DNA of 64,000 bases from Eledone cirrhosa (GCA_964016885.1 OZ024742.1:350362001-350426000); one strand, 5' to 3'; numbered from the stretch's first letter, positions 1 to 12,800 are shown. Program-made: numbers and translations. The notes: a model not told the origin generated them from the sequence alone.

Positions 1-558
1 AATACTATTAAAATTTCTTACTCTACGACTCCTAACCTTGCACATAACATCACAGCTTCAAATTTAGCTAAACTACCTAGCCGTAGGAACACGTGCAACC
101 CTGTAGGTAGTACTAACTGTAATTGTAGGAATCGGGCTGATTGCCCCCTATCCGGGAAATGCCTCTCTAGTAACATTGTCTACAAATGTAAGGTTGTAAC
201 ACCCACGTCCCGTAGGGCCTACATAGGATTAACCGCCAATAGTTTCAAGCAGCGTCTTTACATGCATACCCATTCTTTTCGTTACCCTCTAAGAAGGAAT
301 ATGACGTGACTTTCAGCTTATATCTGGAGTCTAAAAGACAACCACACCCAATATAAGTTACACTGGGAGATCCTAGCTAGGGCTAGATCGTATAACGGAA
401 ATAAAAGACCATGTGACCTCTGCGCCGCTGAGGCCCTGGAAATACTCTACGCCACAGACCACATCTTAAACAAAAAATCTGAGGCAATTTCGGCTTGTAA
501 ACATAAATTGCACAAAACTTTCCTGTATTACAGCCCCACGTTATACCCTAACGGATAG
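1..558 (+). pseudogene. Penelope-like (Neptune-type) element, Cys-rich linker plus GIY-YIG endonuclease, disabled; runs off the window 5' end
   Basis: Frame 1 reads NTIKISYSTTPNL...NCNCRNRADCPLSGKCLSSNIVYKCKV...AYIGLTANSFKQRLYMH...T*LSAYIWSLKD...WEILARA...CDLCAAEALEI...LNKKSE..CKH, with one in-frame TGA at 307-309. Confidence 0.9.
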
Positions 559-984
559 CACGATCTATACGTGGATATTTTACGTCTTGATGTGGGAGCT
601 AAGTATATGTTTTGTTTATTCCTTTACTTATTTGCATAGGTAAGTATATATTACCCGTATGTTTTGTGAAGGTATGTATACCTTCTCGTACGTATATTTG
701 ACTGTTTATAGCGTATAATTTTTACATATTCTGGTATTTAGGGTTTGGCTATGTGTATACGGGAGTTTTGCGTCCGCGTGAGTGTGCAGGTTCGTACGTA
801 TGGTGGGTGTGTGTATATGTGTACTTCTTGTTTTAGTTGAATTACGTCTCCGAACATTCGTGTATTTATATGTAGGTATGCGTGTGCGCTTGTTATATAC
901 GTATTTATTTGCTTATATACGTTTATATAATTATTTATTTATTTGGACACAAGCATACACACACACACATATTTATATGTGCGT

Positions 985-1260
985 GGTTTTGTATGGTAAC
1001 GTTCGCTGGCAAAGAACGGGAAAAACGAATAATACGTCATTAATAGGAGCGGTGAAAAACAATTACGCGCAAAGACAAAACCACGTTTATGGTATAAAAG
1101 AGGTCGTAGACTAATGTTCTCTTAGGTGGTGCATAGAGACGTTCTCTGGCAATGAACGAAAAAACGAAGATAATAAGTCATATGTGGAGCGTGGAGAACA
1201 ATAGCACGCAAAGACAAAACCACGTAAATGGTATAGCAGAAATCGTAGACTAAAATTCTA
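985..1260 (-). repeat. About 150-bp tandem duplication; inverted homologue of 2480-2850 (PLE 3' UTR-like)
   Basis: The motif gcaaagacaaaaccacg...tcgtagactaa occurs twice here, and its reverse complement occurs twice at 2480-2690. Confidence 0.75.
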
Positions 1261-1368
1261 ACTAGGAGACCAAATGAATCTCCGCTACAGAGTTAAGAAC
1301 AAAGTAAAAACACATCTAATCTCAACATCCTGGACCGGACCGAACCTCTGGACTCTATCTCTCCCCAC

Positions 1369-1536
1369 TTTACCCTGAAGGATCACAAATCCAATTTTCC
1401 GAACAACCCCTCTATTCGGCTTATTAACCCTACGAAGTCCGATTGAGGTAGACTTAGTAAAATGATTCTTGATAGAATTATACCTGAAATTAGAAGTTTG
1501 GCCCCTCTCGCACTGTGGAACAATTCTTTCGCGGTA
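1369..1536 (+). pseudogene. Penelope-like reverse transcriptase N-terminal fragment
   Basis: FTLKDHKSNFPNNPSIRLINPTKSD*GRLSKMILDRIIPEIRSLAPLALWNNSFAV matches the LKDHK..F...P..RLINP.KS..G..SK.ILD motif of Neptune-type PLE RTs. Confidence 0.8.
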
Positions 1537-1566
1537 ACGTTTTTTGAAATATCCAGTTCTGCGTTT

Positions 1567-1642
1567 ACAGATTGACTTTGTTAGTTTCAGAAGATCCCGT
1601 TAAGGGTGAAAGCAGCGATTCTTTGCTTAAACTTTAATCTGT
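1567..1642 (+). ncRNA. Type I hammerhead ribozyme-like fold, variant core CAGAAGA
   Basis: Stem I agttt/aaact, extended by acagattga/ttaatctgt; core CAGAAGA; stem II ccc-gttaa-ggg; GAA; stem III AGCAG/TTGCT; H17 = U at 1628. Confidence 0.7.
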
Positions 1643-1683
1643 TATTTTAATAAATATAATATATTATATATATATATTATATA

Positions 1684-1740
<57 letters not shown>

Positions 1741-2251
1741 ATATCATAACTGCCACTTTACAGAAGAGGGCCATCTCTTCAACGGACAGTATGATGACTA
1801 AACATGCTTTGCTTAGGTCACCTTATCGAGACCCTTATCTTGTCTAATGGGTGAGCAATGGATCACGCAAAACTGCTTAGACACTCACGTCACTGAAACA
1901 TTTGCTATTCATATTAACAGTCCATGACGTTAGGATAAGACTCGTGCTGCCAACATGTAGAGCTGTGACTATATGCTTCTAACCATTCGAGTCTGCACAC
2001 GTTGCCAGTCTTTGACCATGTGAGACTTGTCAAGAAATACCTCCACATAAAGAAAGCAATGCTACATGTTTGTGTTACACACATAGCACCCACTCCATCC
2101 CTTCAGCTATGTGTCCAGTGACAAGCCAAGGCAAGATAACAAGACTGCTACGAGGATCACATGCTTTATTGTCATGGAGTGTAACCTCTCCAGTGTAACC
2201 TCTCCAATTCCAACTCGCCCGTCCCCTCAATGTATCTTATTTCTCATTCTT

Positions 2252-2287
2252 TCTTCTCATAAAGGACTAGAGTCCGAAATGTTAAGA
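2252..2287 (+). ncRNA. Degenerate minimal hammerhead remnant at the end of an inter-microsatellite unit
   Basis: tctt-CTCATAA-a-ggac-taga-gtcc-GAAAtGTT-aaga: stems I and II are intact, and the core has two changes from CTGATGA. Confidence 0.45.
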
Positions 2288-2692
2288 CCCTCTTCCTGCT
2301 ATATCAAGCGTTTAACTAATATATCCCTTCCATATACTGTGCCGATTGTGTTGTTATTTCTGTTTACCTTTTACACACACACACATATATATATATGTAT
2401 ATGTACATATATATTGAAATATCTATATATGTATATATTATTCTTAACTCTGTAGCCGAGAATATTTCGGTTTCCTAAATAGAATTTTAGTCTACGACTT
2501 CTGTTCTAAAATTTACGTGGTTTTGTCTGAGCGTGTAATTGCTCTTACCGCTCCACATAATAACGTATTTTTCCGTTCATTGCCAGAGAACGTCTCCATG
2601 AACCACCTAATAGAATATTAGTCTACGACTTCATTTATACCATAAACGTGGTTTTGTCTTTGCGTGTAATTGTTTTCAACGCTCCAAATAAT

Positions 2693-2781
2693 TGTTTCTA
2701 CATTTGGCACAAGGCCAGCAAATACCCAGTATATTACTGGTACTTTATTTTATCGACCCCGTAAGGATGAAAGGCAAAGTT
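2693..2781 (-). mobile_element. 5'-truncated SINE (family A) with a 15-bp target-site duplication
   Basis: TSD aacgctccaaataat at 2678-2692 and 2782-2796. The body tactggtactttattttatcgaccccgtaaggatgaaaggcaaagtt is shared with many other copies in the window. Confidence 0.9.
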
Positions 2782-2913
2782 AACGCTCCAAATAATGACG
2801 TATTATCTTCGTTTTTTCCCGTTCTTTACCAGGGAACGTTTCCACGAACCAAAATATCGTCTTCCAGTCTTCCTTCGGTAGCATCGTTTTTTGAAATATT
2901 TACTTCTGCGTTC

Positions 2914-2989
2914 ACAGATTGACTTTTTTAGTTTCAGAAGATTCCGTTAAGGGTGAAAGCAGCGATTCTTTGCTTAAACTTTGATGTTT
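2914..2989 (+). ncRNA. Second copy of the CAGAAGA-core hammerhead-like fold
   Basis: agttt-CAGAAGA-ttcc-gttaa-gggt-GAAAGCAG...TTGCT-T-aaact, near-identical to 1567-1642 and followed by (TA)n. Confidence 0.65.
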
Positions 2990-2991
2990 TA

Positions 2992-3681
<690 letters not shown>

Positions 3682-4476
3682 CTGTTTCTTTACAAATGTT
3701 CGACTATTTTTCCATTTGCATGGCTACCCGTATCCAAACATTCCTTTGTAAGGAAGCATAAATCAAGCATATACAAACAGCCATATATAGAGAAATGCGT
3801 ATTTAACTAGCCACTTGTTTTGAATGTGAAACCGGTGATTACAATGTTTTTCAATCTAATTATTCATGAATTCTAAATATATATTTATCTAGAGAAACAC
3901 AATTCATTCTCACAATGCAGTACCTTGAATCTGAACAAAAGATATTTCAATTAATTTGCTGATAATTAGGATAAGAATATTCCTCAAAGAATTTTATTTT
4001 GAAATTCAAACAACGAATAATGCTTTTATTGTAGAACTACTTTAAACTGAAATAGTCAACAGTTATCAGTTGTAAAATAGGTCTTTTTAAAATTGAAAAT
4101 ATTACTAACAATCATCTCTTTGAATCTTAAATAATAAAATGCTGAAAATTAATTTGCTTATTCAATGCGGAATAAATAATGCTATTGATTGTTTATATAA
4201 ACACAAGATGTAAAGATCTGATGAAGTGAGTTCAGCAGTTCTACAGTATCCTTCCTTGTCACGATATATCGAACACCGGGCCTTAATTTCTGATGGAGGT
4301 CACACCACGTGGAGGTCACACCAAATAAGGTATTTAAATCTGGTTGAGACCCCTTCCTCTCCAAGTTTTAACACACCTGATATCTTGCAAAGAAACAAAG
4401 GTAGATGTATAATCTAGCCCAAGTATACGACAGTACTTTATAGAGAGACGTCAAAAGGATATATATCATCACCAGA

Positions 4477-4908
4477 GGTTGTAACTGTAGAAGGGCTTCA
4501 GGCTGCCCCCTGAATGGTTTCTGCCTTGTTAGAAACATAGTTTATGCGTGTGATGTGGTAACTACGGCGTCCACTATGACCTATATAGGATCAACTTCCA
4601 CCCCCTTTAAGACCAGGTTTAACTCTCATCAATGCACTTTTAGACATAATAAACTGAAGAACTCCACCTCCTTGGCAGCGTACGTCCATAATTTAAAAAA
4701 TGCACGAACATCTTACACACTTACTTGGCGGCAGGTTGCTAAATCCCATCCATATACTCCTCATAGTAGAGTATGCAACCTGTGCCTTGCCGAATCCCAC
4801 TCTATTATATTTGCTAAATGCCCTCTACTAAATAGAAAGTCTGAAATTTTTTCCTCTTGCCCCCACCGAATATTAAGCTCTTTCTTCTACTTTAAACCTG
4901 TTAGCTAG
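4477..4908 (+). pseudogene. 5'-truncated Penelope-like (Neptune-type) GIY-YIG endonuclease domain
   Basis: GCNCRRASGCPLNGFCLVRNIVYACDVVT...YIGSTSTPFKTRFNSH...STSLAAYVHNLK...W...PY...CNLCLAES...LLNRKSEIFSSCPHR; homologous to 1-558. Confidence 0.92.
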
Positions 4909-7109
4909 CACGCCCTTATTCCTCCAGTTGGGCTGTCTTGTGTAACTGTATCTGACTGAGTGTAAATGTTGGTCGTCTATGTATACGAGTCTGTGAATGT
5001 ATACGTATGCCTGTGGGAGGATATTGATCTTGATATTGGGGTGTGCAGGGGAGTGTATGTTAATAAGCACCTCTGTTTGGTACAGTGGATGTAACCCATC
5101 CACGCTGGCCTACCCACCATTAGTGCATTGGTGGACCTATCCTGTCGTATATCTTGTTGATCTGTACCTCTGTATGCGCATGAGTTGTGATGTAATGTAT
5201 TTATGTAAAGCGTGTACTGTGATTTAGGCTGCACTAGTGGAAATTTAGCCTGTAACTGTGGGCGGACCCGTGCCATCCTGCCGTAAGCAGTGGATACGTG
5301 GCGCATATACGTGTTGCCCTCATATTCTGTGGTTCAAGATCTACAGGCTGACCTCTGGGAGCTCTTACCCGGGGTTTTAGTCTTTCTAGCACGATCGGCC
5401 TTCCATATATTGACGGTCGTTTTTATGATCCCGAAAGTAACGTTTTGGCCCCGATGGCCCTCCGTAGTTACTAACGGTCTGTGTACACTCGAACCGGTCA
5501 ATGGCACGTGCAGACATGAATATCTCCGTAGGATTTCAACTTTATTGTAATACATCTCATCGTATGTATTTGTTTTGAATATATTACCTGTGGTGGTGGG
5601 TCTGGTCTAATGTGGTATTTCGGTGTTTAATATCGTATTTAATATCGGCTTTGACCCGGGTGTCCTACGCTGTGTGTGTGTGCGTGTGTGTCCGTGTATA
5701 CATTTATATGTGTATGGGTGTAGGTGGTTATATGTGTCTGTGTATATATATAAAAAATATATATATATATATATGTATACCGTCTCTGCATATGCATGTG
5801 GTGTGTATACGTGCATATACGTGCTGAACATATTGATGTGTGCAATCTTGTGATGTCCCAATGCGGTGACTTAATGGCTTTTTATATATCTTCTGTCTTT
5901 ATATATATTTTGTATGCGCTACAACTGTATCTGCTTGCTTTAATCTCACCTCGCTTGCTAATGCATGTGAATTCTTCTACCTCCTTTGATGCACCTCTCT
6001 GACCAATTGACTCTTGCCCGTGTGTGAACCGGTTTGTGATTACCCCACCGCTCAACTGTGTGAATGCACACCCATGACTTTTGAGTGAACTTTCGAGACT
6101 GCCCAACCTGGGACGCCTCCATTGCCTTGCAATGGTCAAGTGATACTGGTGACTGTGACACTTAGTGCCTTCGTGGGCCCCTGATGTTTTCATGAAAAAT
6201 ATTTTTTTAAAAATTGGTCAAGTGATACATATAACTGTGACATTTAGTGCCTTCGTGGGCCCCTGATATATTCAAGAGATATATTCTAAAAAAATATATA
6301 TCTTATCTCAATTTACTTTATTTCATTTTATTTCATTTCATGTTATCTAATTTTATTTATTTACTTACTTGACTCCATTTATTTATTTATTTATTTAAAT
6401 TTAAGTTTAAATTTTAATTTTAATTTTGAAATTTTAAAATTTTGAAATTTAAATTTAAATTTTATTTATTTATTTAATTTTTAATTTTTATTTATTTATT
6501 TATTTATTTATTTATTTTATTTTATTTTATTTTATTTTATTTAATTACATTTAATTACATTTAATTATACATTTAATTATATCTTATATTATATTATTTT
6601 AATTTAGTCTATGTTATTTGATTTTAGTTTACCTTATTTTATCTTATTTTACGATTATACTATATTATGTTCTATGTATATAATTTTTAATTTTTAATTT
6701 TATATTATTTTATCTCATTCCTTACCATATATTTTATTTTTTATATTTTATATGTAAGTTTGTTATGTATTTCTTTGTATTTCTTTTTATATATATTATA
6801 AGTCTGTTTTTCACCTATTTTTTACCTATTTTTTACCTACTCTTACCTAATCCCATTATCTTATCTACTCTTGGCTGTTCTCTTATCCATGTGTCTACTC
6901 TTGTCTGTACTCTTATCCATGTGTATGCTTGTATGTAACTATATGTTGACAGCACCCCGCCCAACTGTGACTGATAGCACCCCTTATTTTTATTTTTATT
7001 TTTATTTTTACTTTTATTTTTATTTTTATTCTTATCCTCTATCGTCTATTATTACCTTTCATTCTTCAATGTCTTGGATTTGTTATTGCTTGTATGGTAT
7101 GTAATTAAC

Positions 7110-7167
7110 CTTTATGCTCTGATGAGTCCCACTTATAGTGCGGATGAAACAATGTTAGCAAGTAAAG
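7110..7167 (+). ncRNA. Type I hammerhead ribozyme, canonical core
   Basis: cttta-tgct CTGATGA gtcc-cac-ttata-gtg-c-ggat GAAAC aat GTT agca-ag-taaag: bulged stem I, minimal stem III, GUU cleavage triplet (7154-7156). Confidence 0.85.
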
Positions 7168-7296
7168 ATATGCATATGCTATAAGCGTTCTTTGTTATTT
7201 ATTTATTATATTACGGCTCTGTCCTTACATTGAGCTAACCTCATACTGCCTGCTGGATAAGTGGAGTGTTATACACCCCTGATCCTTTCCCTAGCA

Positions 7297-7340
<44 letters not shown>

Positions 7341-7366
7341 ATATATAAAAGTATGTATATATATAT

Positions 7367-7675
7367 ATATTAATTCAAAATATTAACAAAATAGATATAC
7401 TTGTGATAAATTATATTTTATTATACATATTTCAGAGGTACAGAGTTAAGTTCAACAGTACGTTCTCATCAGATAAAATAAAATGATGCATGACATACCC
7501 TGGCATAGTAGATGGTTAAGATTCAGTCATGCCAGAATCTTAACCATCTACTATGTCAGGGTATGTCATGCATCGTCTTATTTTATCTGAACTTAACTCC
7601 GTACCTCTGAAATATGTATAATAACATATAATTGATCACAAGAATATCTATTATGTTAATATTTTGAATTAATAT
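7367..7675. repeat. Fold-back inverted repeat (arms 7367-7524 and 7535-7675, 10-bp spacer), PLE terminal-repeat derived
   Basis: The arms are reverse complements (e.g. tagtagatggttaagattc / gaatcttaaccatctacta). The left arm carries a degenerate CTGATGA...GAAA motif on the minus strand (about 7418-7478). Confidence 0.88.
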
Positions 7676-7793
7676 TAATAACTCTGGAAAACCTAAACTG
7701 TTGAGTGCTTCCAATCTATTGAAAAACTCATTCTTTGATGTATTCATTGAACCTTGTTTAACTTTTAAATATATATATATAAATATATGTATG

Positions 7794-7917
<124 letters not shown>

Positions 7918-7919
7918 AG

Positions 7920-7982
<63 letters not shown>

Positions 7983-8237
7983 CACGATAAATTAACGGAG
8001 GCATAGGCCCTCGCTATTCCCTGTAAATAATGTGCTCAAAGGAGAAGAGATCCTGAGCTCTTTAAAATACAATATGTTGAAAAGGTAACACACCAGAGAG
8101 AGATATATAGTGCGCTATCAATAATACAGAGAAAAAAACACCAGTGTATGGAATCTATAACCTATGAAAGGCAGACTATAGACACGATAATTAAAAATAT
8201 AAATTAAAGCGTAAATAAATACCTCTATAACTATATA

Positions 8238-8317
8238 ACACACGTACAAATCCAAAGATATGTTTCACCAAAAATTTGTTGAAAGAAATGGTCTGGTCTC
8301 GGTTCATCAGCGCGTGT
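8238..8317 (-). ncRNA. Type I hammerhead ribozyme, canonical core, minus-strand copy
   Basis: acacgcg CTGATGA accgaga...ttttggt GAAAC atatctttggattt GTA cgtgtgt. Confidence 0.85.
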
Positions 8318-8433
8318 AAGGCTATACATTTCAGACAATACTAAGAAAATTTTAAAATTGACTGTCCAGCTACACGTGGGAGACAGAAGTCACAGCGTGT
8401 TTAACGGCAGTGAACCAGCCTTACGCACGCCTT

Positions 8434-8513
8434 ACACACGCTGATGAACCGAGACTAGACCATTTCTTTCAACAAATTTTTGGTGAAACATATCTTTGGA
8501 TTTGTACGTATGT
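8434..8513 (+). ncRNA. Type I hammerhead ribozyme, canonical core, plus-strand copy
   Basis: acacacg CTGATGA accgaga...ttttggt GAAAC atatctttggattt GTA cgtatgt; GUA triplet at 8504-8506. Confidence 0.85.
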
Positions 8514-8681
8514 TATATCGTTATAGAGGTATTTATTTACGCTTTAATTTATATTTTTAATTATCGTGTCTATAGTCTGCCTTTCATAGGTTATAGATTC
8601 CATACACTGGTGGTTTTTTCTCTGTATTATTGATAACGCACTATATATATCTCTCTGGTGTGTTACCTTTTCAACATATTG

Positions 8682-8733
<52 letters not shown>

Positions 8734-8741
8734 TATGTATA

Positions 8742-10555
8742 TATAACTTTGAATAACTTTGAATAACTTTGAAATGTTTTGGCCAGTATTGGCCCAGGCC
8801 ATGTCTAACTTAATAGCACCACCTGGCGAAGTTTTTCAATTCAGGATTTGGGCACCATGGCCCATTCGAGAAGAGAATTACTGTTTGCGGAGACATATCC
8901 GGGTGTGGGTGGTTTGTCCGGGATTACTTGGAGGGATTTGTCCAAAGACTTCTTGAATTTTGTGTGGTCAGTTTCTGTTTTGACGTGTCCTGGTGTGATG
9001 TTGAAGAGAGCAGGGCCAATTGAGGTGAAATAATTGTGCCGTATTGTTGTTATGAGTTGCGATTTAGATTTTTGTTTGGGACGGATAGCACGGGGCCCAA
9101 GCCTTGGGTGTATTTTGAAGGTGATGCCAACATCATTTGGGCAGTGCTGATGAAACATTTTCCACATCATGCAGATAATATAACGCTCACGGCGACGTTG
9201 GAGTGAGTAAAGTTTCAGCTTTTCTAGTCGACCCCAGTAGTCAAGGTCTGACATGCCATCTATCTTTTTCGTGATTGCCCTTTGGGAAGCTTCAAGTTTC
9301 ATGATACTTTGTTTCGTGTGGGGAGACCACAGTGGACAATAGTATTCAAGGTGTGGTCGGGCAAAAGTGGAGAAGAGAAGGATAATGGTGTGGGAATCTC
9401 TCGACTGGAAGGTTCTGAGGATCCAGGAACACATTCTGCGGGCCATGTCAACTTTGCTGCTTATATGCGTGGCCCAGCTTATGTTGCTATCCACGGTTAC
9501 TCCCAAGTCTCTGATGTTGTTAGAAGCCACGAGAGTTTCACCGGAGGGAAGGGAGTCCGGGAGTTTCAGAGCATCCTCTTTTCCAAAGTGGATAAGTTCG
9601 AATTTGTCTTCGTTCAGTAACATGTTGTTCTTTTCCGCCCATTGGGTAACAGCCAGTAGGTCTGACTGAAGGCTTATCCGGTCATCCACGCCATTGATGA
9701 CCTTTTGGAGCTTGGAATCATTAACGAAAATTCTAATGTTGCTGACGTTTGATGATGTCAGTCATGTCATTAATATAGATGATGAAGAGAAGTGGGCCCA
9801 ATACAGTGCCTTGTGGGACCCCACAACTGACTTTGGCTGGACTGGATGTGATTCCTTCGACTACAACATGTTGGTTCTGTTTGACAGGAAGCTCTTGATC
9901 CACTGCAGCAGCTTTCCAGTGACACCAATATTGGACAGCTTTCTTCATTAGAATGTTGTGATCAACCCTGTCAAAGGCCTTGCTGAAATCAAGGTAGATA
10001 ACATCAGTGTTGGAACCCTCACCCAAGGCTCTCAAAATGTCTTCAAAGCGATGCAGTAGCTGCGTCAGGCAATCCCTTCCATTACGGAATCCATGCTGGT
10101 TGAAGTTCAGCATATTGTTACTCTCAAGGAAGTGAGTCATTCGCAATCTCACCACTCTCTCAAATACCTTAATGATATGAGAGGTGAGTGAGATTGTTCG
10201 GTAATTCACGGCAAGGGATTTGTTTCCTTTTTTGAAAACTGGGACAACAGACTGGGATAGAAGGTTTTCTGGCACATATCCAGCATCCAGTGAGTTCCGC
10301 CACAGATTGGCAAGAGGAGATGCAAGTTGGTGTTTGACACGCCCTCAAGACACACGCAGGAAACCTATCGGGACCTACTGCTGAATTATGCTTGATTTCC
10401 TTTATTGCCGCTAAGACATCAGGGGCGCGAAACGTTATGTCCGATAACGTGTAATGGGGAGTAATATCGCCGATACAACCCAGATCGGCCATATCAGGAT
10501 TGCTGAAAACAGAGCAGTATTGTTTCTGCAGTATCTCACCCATGGTTTTAGCATT
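8742..10555 (-). mobile_element. 5'-truncated non-LTR retrotransposon (CR1/L2-group LINE) with a frameshifted RT pseudogene
   Basis: Split ORFs give VVPVFKKG..NYRTISLTSH..KVFER, QHGFR, DFSKAFDRVDH, GVPQGTVLGPLLFIIYIND, a mutated FVND (for FADD) and LYSLQRRRERY. The 3' tail is a 10-bp repeat (aataactttg x3, 8742-8771). Confidence 0.93.
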
Positions 10556-11110
10556 TATAGACTTTTATAGACGCAATTTATAGACTACATGTCCATCTCA
10601 CAATCCACGAAGATTCAACATTGGGTGCCTGGTGTATACGAGGACAGTGGTGCTGTTTTGCTTCTCATTTGTAATATTTTTGATATTTTTGGTGTTTCTC
10701 CACACATGGGCTTCTATATCGTACAGGTGTGTGTGAATAATGCTTAACCAGTTCAGCCCCCATGATGCTCTTAATTGCCTGCTTTGACTGCTTGTTTTAC
10801 TTGTAACAATCTGCCGCACTATAATCTTGTATAAATAGGACACGCGTGCATGCCACACGTGTGACTGTTGCATACACTGGCTACTCAAAACTTTCCTTCT
10901 GCTTTATCTTAGTAGACTGCCAATGTTTTATTTTAATTTTAATTTTAACTTTAATTTTGTCCTTTAATATGACTGTAATCTTTGTATGTAAATTACCATG
11001 CTGTATTATTATAATGGATGTCAACCCACTGTGGGTCAATATATGCATATGTTTCTATATGTCTCTTGTGTTGAAAAGGAGGTCAGGTATGTTAAAAATC
11101 ACTGAATAAT

Positions 11111-11157
11111 TGCTCCGAAGACTCCAAACCTCGGTTTGGAAGAAACAATTGTAAACA
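11111..11157 (+). ncRNA. Minimal hammerhead, core CCGAAGA, palindromic stem III
   Basis: tgct CCGAAGA c-tccaaacc-tc-ggtttgga-a GAA ACAATTGT A aaca; 8-bp stem II; lies just before a (TC)n(TA)n tract. Confidence 0.7.
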
Positions 11158-11189
11158 GATAAATGATTTAAACAGAACTTTGTTTCATG

Positions 11190-11261
<72 letters not shown>

Positions 11262-11446
11262 CACAAAGAGAAGTGTGTTACACAGTGAGATGCGTGTAAA
11301 GAATTATTACAAGTGAGTTTTACCGTTACTGTATAGAGAACAATATCTACAGGTTTAGCAGTTAAATAGAAAAAAACTAAGTCAGAATCAAATCTCTGAA
11401 TTAGATTACAGTGAACTGCGGAATACTCTTAATCCCGATCTTTGTA

Positions 11447-11568
<122 letters not shown>

Positions 11569-11808
11569 GTATATATATATTTTTTTCTTCTAACTTTGAT
11601 TTTATACATAATTGGGTATAGTTGACGATATATTTAATCGATTTCCACGTGCTATTAGAAATGGTGGGTAAATATTCTATAGCTGTTGATCGCAGATAGA
11701 TAGCTGTCGTTTATTTATCTATTATTTCTTCATGGGTGCCTTTTAATCTTATAGCCTTGTTTAATTGGTTTTTTGTGTGGTTGATTATGCTGATTGGGAG
11801 AGGAAATA

Positions 11809-11879
<71 letters not shown>

Positions 11880-11880
<1 letters not shown>

Positions 11881-12800
11881 TAGCTGAATGAACCGGCGTT
11901 GCCCGGGTTACTGCTGTTCTTATTCAGATTACTAAACAATAAACATAGAGATTTTTGTTCTCAGAATTATTTCAACATATCTACATTTTATTAAAAAGAT
12001 ATAAAAATTGTAATGATAATAGAATTTAGAAATGAGAGTCTGCCAATCTTAAAGCACCCCAGGGTAAAAATTAGTCATTGTGTAATTTTTGTTGGTCTTT
12101 AAATGAATATATTGTTGCTGCTTCCAACTCGTGAGCAACCAGCATAGAGCTGACCGTGGGAGAAACATTTAGTAGACAGATCAAGTCTAACTACCTTGAG
12201 GGATTGACCCTGAGATTTGTTAATTGATTTGTTAACAAAACTTAGTTTGACTGGTAAATGAAGTCTTTTACATTCAAGCTCACATACACTCACACGCACA
12301 CATATACTTATCCGTCATTATGCCGCCGAGGTTAACTTTGCCTTTCATCCTTACGGGGTCGATAAAATAAAGTACCAGTAATGCACTGAGTAATTGCTGG
12401 CCTTGTGCCTAATGTAGAAACAATTACATATGTATATGTAAGTGTAGATGTGTGTGTGTGTTTAATTCTCTGTGTATCTGTTTAGATATTTACGTGAAGA
12501 TGTATGTATATGTAACTTATTAGGCCTAACGTATGTAACGAAATCGCAAACACGCCCAGACGTAGACACATAAACACTCATATACAAAATGTGATGTCAT
12601 CGTGTTATAAAATGTCGTTTACCTATAATAGAATATTTTTGATAAAATGTTATATTGTTTTAATCCAAATGAAAATATAAATTACATGTTAATCCCAGGC
12701 TCTAATACTATTAGCTTGATTTGATTTGGTCGAGCCGTTTGACAATGCATAAGGAAACAGACAGACAAAGAGACAACAAATTTTATATATATATATATAT
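11880..12800 (-). mobile_element. Non-autonomous Helitron derivative with a Pif1-like helicase C-terminal remnant
   Basis: The minus-strand 3' end has the hairpin ccgggcaacgccgg and CTAG|T (11880-11883). ORF 12099-12299 reads LPVKLSF..SINKSQGQSLKVV.LDL...CFSHGQLY..CSRV. The 5' end is lost in (TA)n at about 12800, so that boundary is approximate. A SINE fragment is nested at about 12322-12427. Confidence 0.85.

Larger units (their letters stand above)
4465..7300 (+). mobile_element. Truncated PLE: endonuclease, about 2.2-kb low-complexity 3' UTR, and HHR-bearing terminal repeat
   Basis: The GIY-YIG frame is followed by GT-rich and T-rich sequence, a hammerhead at 7110-7167, and an end at (TA)n near 7300. 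Continuity of the UTR is inferred. Confidence 0.7.
8067..8684. repeat. Long inverted repeat (arms 8067-8322 and 8429-8684, about 106-bp spacer), each arm with a hammerhead
   Basis: The ~256-bp arms are near-perfect reverse complements, and the unit sits between (TA)n tracts. Confidence 0.93.
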
